Assembly (NCBI GenBank): GCA_021827785.1 | Contig: JAKAUF010000360.1 | Location: forward strand, 1 to 38,741 | Source of the DNA: Acidobacteriota bacterium | Lineage (GTDB): Bacteria > Acidobacteriota > Terriglobia > Terriglobales > SCQP01 | Length of the DNA stretch: 38,741 bases | Direction: 5' to 3' | Shown: positions 36,093-38,741 of the stretch, in pieces | Numbering within the stretch: position 1 is the stretch's first letter | How the letters are laid out: every line of letters begins with the position of its first letter | The notes under the pieces: model-generated | What the model saw: only the letters and a program-made list of their open reading frames with translations | What the model was told of the DNA's origin: nothing | The model's database searches: none | Position numbers and translations under genes: made by a program

Positions 36093-37718
36093 ATGCGACA
36101 CCGAGTCTTCGGCAGCCTGCTGATCCTTTCGTCGGCCCTCTTTTGCCTGGCCCCAGCGGCCCAGTGCCAATGGATCCATCACTTTCATGCGCCCGCTCCG
36201 CGCATTCAGCCGGTCCAGAGTCTGAAGGCTTACATCTCCGGTGGCAAGCTGCGCCTCCGTCTCGAAGCATTTCTCCGCCTAGCCTTGTTGAACGACACCA
36301 ATATCCATATTGACAAGCTGAGCATGTATTCCGCCGAAGCCGGCATCCTCAGCGCCCGTTCACCATTCGATCCCACCTTCACCATGGGGTTCGGCGCCAC
36401 CCGCGATGTCACCCCCCAGTCCTCCCAGATCAGTGGCGCCCAAACCCTGAGCAATCTCTCGCAGAACGGCAATATCGGCTACAGCCAAGCTCTGTCCACC
36501 GGCCAGGATTTCACCGTCGGCTTTAGCTCCAATCGCCAGTCCACCAACAACGCTTTCAGCTTCCTGAATCCGAGCATCGCCACCGGCCTCAACTTCAGCG
36601 TCACGATGCCGCTGCTGGAAAACCGCGGCAACATTCAATACCGCACGCCGCTGGAACAGGCCCAGATCGGTTACATGGTCACCACCGACCAGACCGATGC
36701 CACCGTCGCCAACGAACTGGTCGCCGACGCCGATCAATACTGGGCCACCGTGCTGGCTCGCGATGAAATCACGGTGCAGGAGCAGGCCCTAGCCCTAGCC
36801 GAGAAATCCTACCAGCACGATGCCCTGGCGCTAAAATTGGGAGCCTTGGCGCCCGGCTCGATCTACCAGGACGAATCCCAAGTCGCCGCCGACAAGGTGA
36901 GCCTGGTGCAGGCCCAATCCCGCTACCAGCAGCAGTTGGTCCTGTTGCGCCGCATCATCGGCGCCGACTTGAATCCGGTGACGAGCAACATGCCGGTGGT
37001 ATTGGAGGAAAACCCCGCCGAGCTGCCCGTGACGCCGCCGCCAATGCCGGTCAGCCAGGCCGTTGCCCTCGCCCTGCGCCGCCGCCCGGAATTGATCGCC
37101 CTGCGCCGCCAGGAGGTCTCCGACCAAATGGGCGTGCAGATGGCCCATAACGCCCTCCTGCCCCAGCTCAACCTCACCGGTTCGTACGGCGCCTCCGGTT
37201 TGGGCGGTGATCAGATCCCGGTCACCAGCAGCCTGGGCACCTCCGGCCAGTTTGTTCCCGGCGGCCTGATGAACTCGTTCCGCCAGTTGTTCGGTTTCAG
37301 CTATCCCACCTACGGCTTCAACCTCCAGTTCACGCTGCCCATCGGCAATAGCGCCAATGAGGCCCGTCTGACCAACAACCTGGTCTCCGTCGCCCATGAC
37401 CGCTACGGCATTCGCCAGGAGCGGCAGCAGGTTATCCAAGACGTGCGCCTGGCGGATACCCAATTGAGCATGGCCGTCAAGCAGGTCAACTCCGCCAAGA
37501 TTGCCCTTTCGCTCTCCAAAAAGAACGTCGCCGCCCAACAGCAAGCCTACCTGCTCGGCACCACGACAATCTTCGAGTTGTTGCAAGCCCAACTGCAGAT
37601 GGCGCAAGCCCAAGACAGCCTGCTCAGCTCCTACATTTCCTACCAGGAATACAAGATCGCCTACCAGCGCGCCAACTGGACCCTGCTCAGCCACCTCCAC
37701 CTGGCCATCTTTCATTAG
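36093..37718 (+). CDS. TolC-like outer-membrane efflux protein (OEP family)
   Basis: Signal peptide MRHRVFGSLLILSSALFCLAPAAQCQ. Two OEP-type repeats with characteristic coiled-coil/beta segments (LSLSKKNVAAQQQAYLLGTTTIFELLQAQ..., YISYQEYKIAYQRANWTL). Confidence 0.85.
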   Translation: MRHRVFGSLLILSSALFCLAPAAQCQWIHHFHAPAPRIQPVQSLKAYISGGKLRLRLEAFLRLALLNDTNIHIDKLSMYSAEAGILSARSPFDPTFTMGFGATRDVTPQSSQISGAQTLSNLSQNGNIGYSQALSTGQDFTVGFSSNRQSTNNAFSFLNPSIATGLNFSVTMPLLENRGNIQYRTPLEQAQIGYMVTTDQTDATVANELVADADQYWATVLARDEITVQEQALALAEKSYQHDALALKLGALAPGSIYQDESQVAADKVSLVQAQSRYQQQLVLLRRIIGADLNPVTSNMPVVLEENPAELPVTPPPMPVSQAVALALRRRPELIALRRQEVSDQMGVQMAHNALLPQLNLTGSYGASGLGGDQIPVTSSLGTSGQFVPGGLMNSFRQLFGFSYPTYGFNLQFTLPIGNSANEARLTNNLVSVAHDRYGIRQERQQVIQDVRLADTQLSMAVKQVNSAKIALSLSKKNVAAQQQAYLLGTTTIFELLQAQLQMAQAQDSLLSSYISYQEYKIAYQRANWTLLSHLHLAIFH

Positions 37719-37733
37719 GCGGCGGCCGGCGTC

Positions 37734-38597
37734 TCAACTCCCGCGCCGCGCCTCCAGGCCGCTGAGCGCCCATAGCAAACCAAACCCGACCACCAGCGCC
37801 AGCGCTGCTACCGGCAGCGCCGCGCCCAGGCCGTAGGTGGCGAAGCGGTCATACAGCAAAATGGAGATCACGCGCGGGTTGTAGGCCAGGATGATCAGCG
37901 CTCCGAACTCGCTGACCGCGCGGGCGAACATCATCACCGCCCCGCTCACGATCGGTCCCCGCGCGAGCGGCAAGCTGACGCGCCAAAACACCGCTCCCGG
38001 CCGCCGTCCCAGCGTCCGCGCCAACTGTTCATACCGCGGGTCCACCGCCAGGAACCCGTCGCGGCAAGCATGGATCAGATAGGGGCAGGCCACGAACACC
38101 ATCGCCGCGGTAATGCCCGCCGCCGTGCCCACCATGTGCAGCCGCAGCACCGCCAGCGCCCGTCCCGCCAATGTCTCCCGCGCGAAGACGAGCAATAGCG
38201 CGATGCCGACCACCGGATGGGGGATCACCAGCGGCAGATCCAGGAACGCCCGCAGCGCCCGCTGTCCCCAAAACCGCCGCCGCGCCAATAGGTATCCCAG
38301 GGGCGTGGCTAGCAGCAGCCCCATCCCCGTCGCCGCCGCGGCGGTCAGCAGCGTGATCAGCAACGACCGTTGCACCGCCGGCGCCAGCAAAGCCCCGGCC
38401 AATCCTGGCGCTCCCGCCCACAGCAGGCGCAGCACCGGGAAGGCCAAATACAGCACCAGAATCGCCGCCGGCAGAACCATCCAGCGCAGCGGCAATCCCG
38501 CCGTGGATGCGGTCCGCCGGGCCGGCCAGGCGGGAGCCTCGATTGCGGGCGCTGGTCCCGGCGCGCTTAGCGGCATCGGGGCCATTGCCGCAGCCAT
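37734..38597 (-). CDS. ABC importer permease, molybdate/tungstate (ModB/WtpB-like) type
   Basis: BPD_transp_1 pattern with EAA-type loop YEQLARTLGRRPGAVFWRVSLPLARGPIVSGAVMMFARAVSEFGA. The tail ILAYNPRVISILLYDRFATYGL resembles WtpB-type permeases. Start could be 38597, 38585 or 38576. Confidence 0.8.
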   Translation of the reverse strand: MAAAMAPMPLSAPGPAPAIEAPAWPARRTASTAGLPLRWMVLPAAILVLYLAFPVLRLLWAGAPGLAGALLAPAVQRSLLITLLTAAAATGMGLLLATPLGYLLARRRFWGQRALRAFLDLPLVIPHPVVGIALLLVFARETLAGRALAVLRLHMVGTAAGITAAMVFVACPYLIHACRDGFLAVDPRYEQLARTLGRRPGAVFWRVSLPLARGPIVSGAVMMFARAVSEFGALIILAYNPRVISILLYDRFATYGLGAALPVAALALVVGFGLLWALSGLEARRGS

Positions 38598-38741
38598 CGC
38601 CGCACGCCCTGCGGCGCGCGCGCCAAAGCCCCGCCCCGGCAGGGCGGGTGCAACGCGGTTTGGTCGCTTGCCGCCAGCACCGCCCGTCCCGCGGGCGAAG
38701 TCAGCCGCCGTAGGAAGGCCAGCGCCCCGGGGATGTCTCGC
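38567..38741 (-). CDS. 3' end of a periplasmic substrate-binding protein (probably of the same ABC importer); 5' part is outside the window
   Basis: Hand translation of the minus strand gives ...RDIPGALAFLRRLTSPAGRAVLAASDQTALHP...*. The A.AFL.FL.SP.G..IL pattern is typical of ModA/WtpA-type binding-protein C-termini. The stop overlaps the start region of the permease gene. Confidence 0.45.
   Translation of the reverse strand, partial: RDIPGALAFLRRLTSPAGRAVLAASDQTALHPPCRGGALARAPQGVRRWLRQWPRCR

Noticed and set aside
30387-37718. An impression that the efflux operon and the lipoprotein gene (11164-13089) have somewhat lower GC and third-position GC than the FAS-like operon, which might hint at horizontal acquisition.
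   Set aside because: This is only a visual impression and I could not compute windowed GC or codon statistics. There are no flanking mobility genes or tRNA. Membrane and secreted proteins often differ in composition anyway.

Overview
This is a high-GC (about 65-70% by eye) bacterial chromosomal window, gene-dense, with no rRNA, tRNA, CRISPR array, transposase or integrase that I could recognise. The taxon cannot be established from the sequence. The gene content (orphan MacB/FtsX-type permease, multiple HlyD adaptors, DUF892, M23 peptidase) would fit an Acidobacteriota-like soil bacterium, but that is only a guess.

Layout:
- (1) 2-10010 (+): a tightly packed, translationally coupled type II FAS/PKS-like operon, cut by the left edge. 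Gene order is FabL-type enoyl reductase, an unusually long ACP, FabZ-like dehydratase, active KS, Cys-less CLF-like KS, FabG ketoreductase, a truncated Cys-less KS-like protein, a second active KS, a PaaK/F390-synthetase-like adenylating enzyme, and a DegT-family PLP aminotransferase. This is the most likely 'undescribed system' in the window, probably a specialised lipid or polyketide pathway.
- (2) 10108-17679: a stand-alone ClpA/ClpC-D2-like AAA+ ATPase, a beta-propeller lipoprotein, a DUF892 ferritin-like protein, an M23 peptidase, a ~600-nt poorly coding gap, a CDP-alcohol phosphatidyltransferase, small tail-anchored proteins and a GNAT.
- (3) 17710-30115: mostly housekeeping genes. These are efp, pckA, an AIM24-family protein, a hybrid histidine kinase with a response regulator, a thiolase, a TrmH-family methyltransferase, rarA, a UbiD-family decarboxylase and a DUF72 protein.
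- (4) 30387-37718 (+): an efflux operon with three tandem HlyD-type adaptors, one MacB/FtsX-type permease and a TolC-like outer-membrane factor, but no ABC ATPase gene.
- (5) 37734-38741 (-): a molybdate/tungstate-type ABC importer permease and the 3' end of its binding protein.

A 31-nt sequence occurs as an exact copy in two unrelated intergenic regions.

All functional calls come from motif recognition in the supplied translations. No database search was run.
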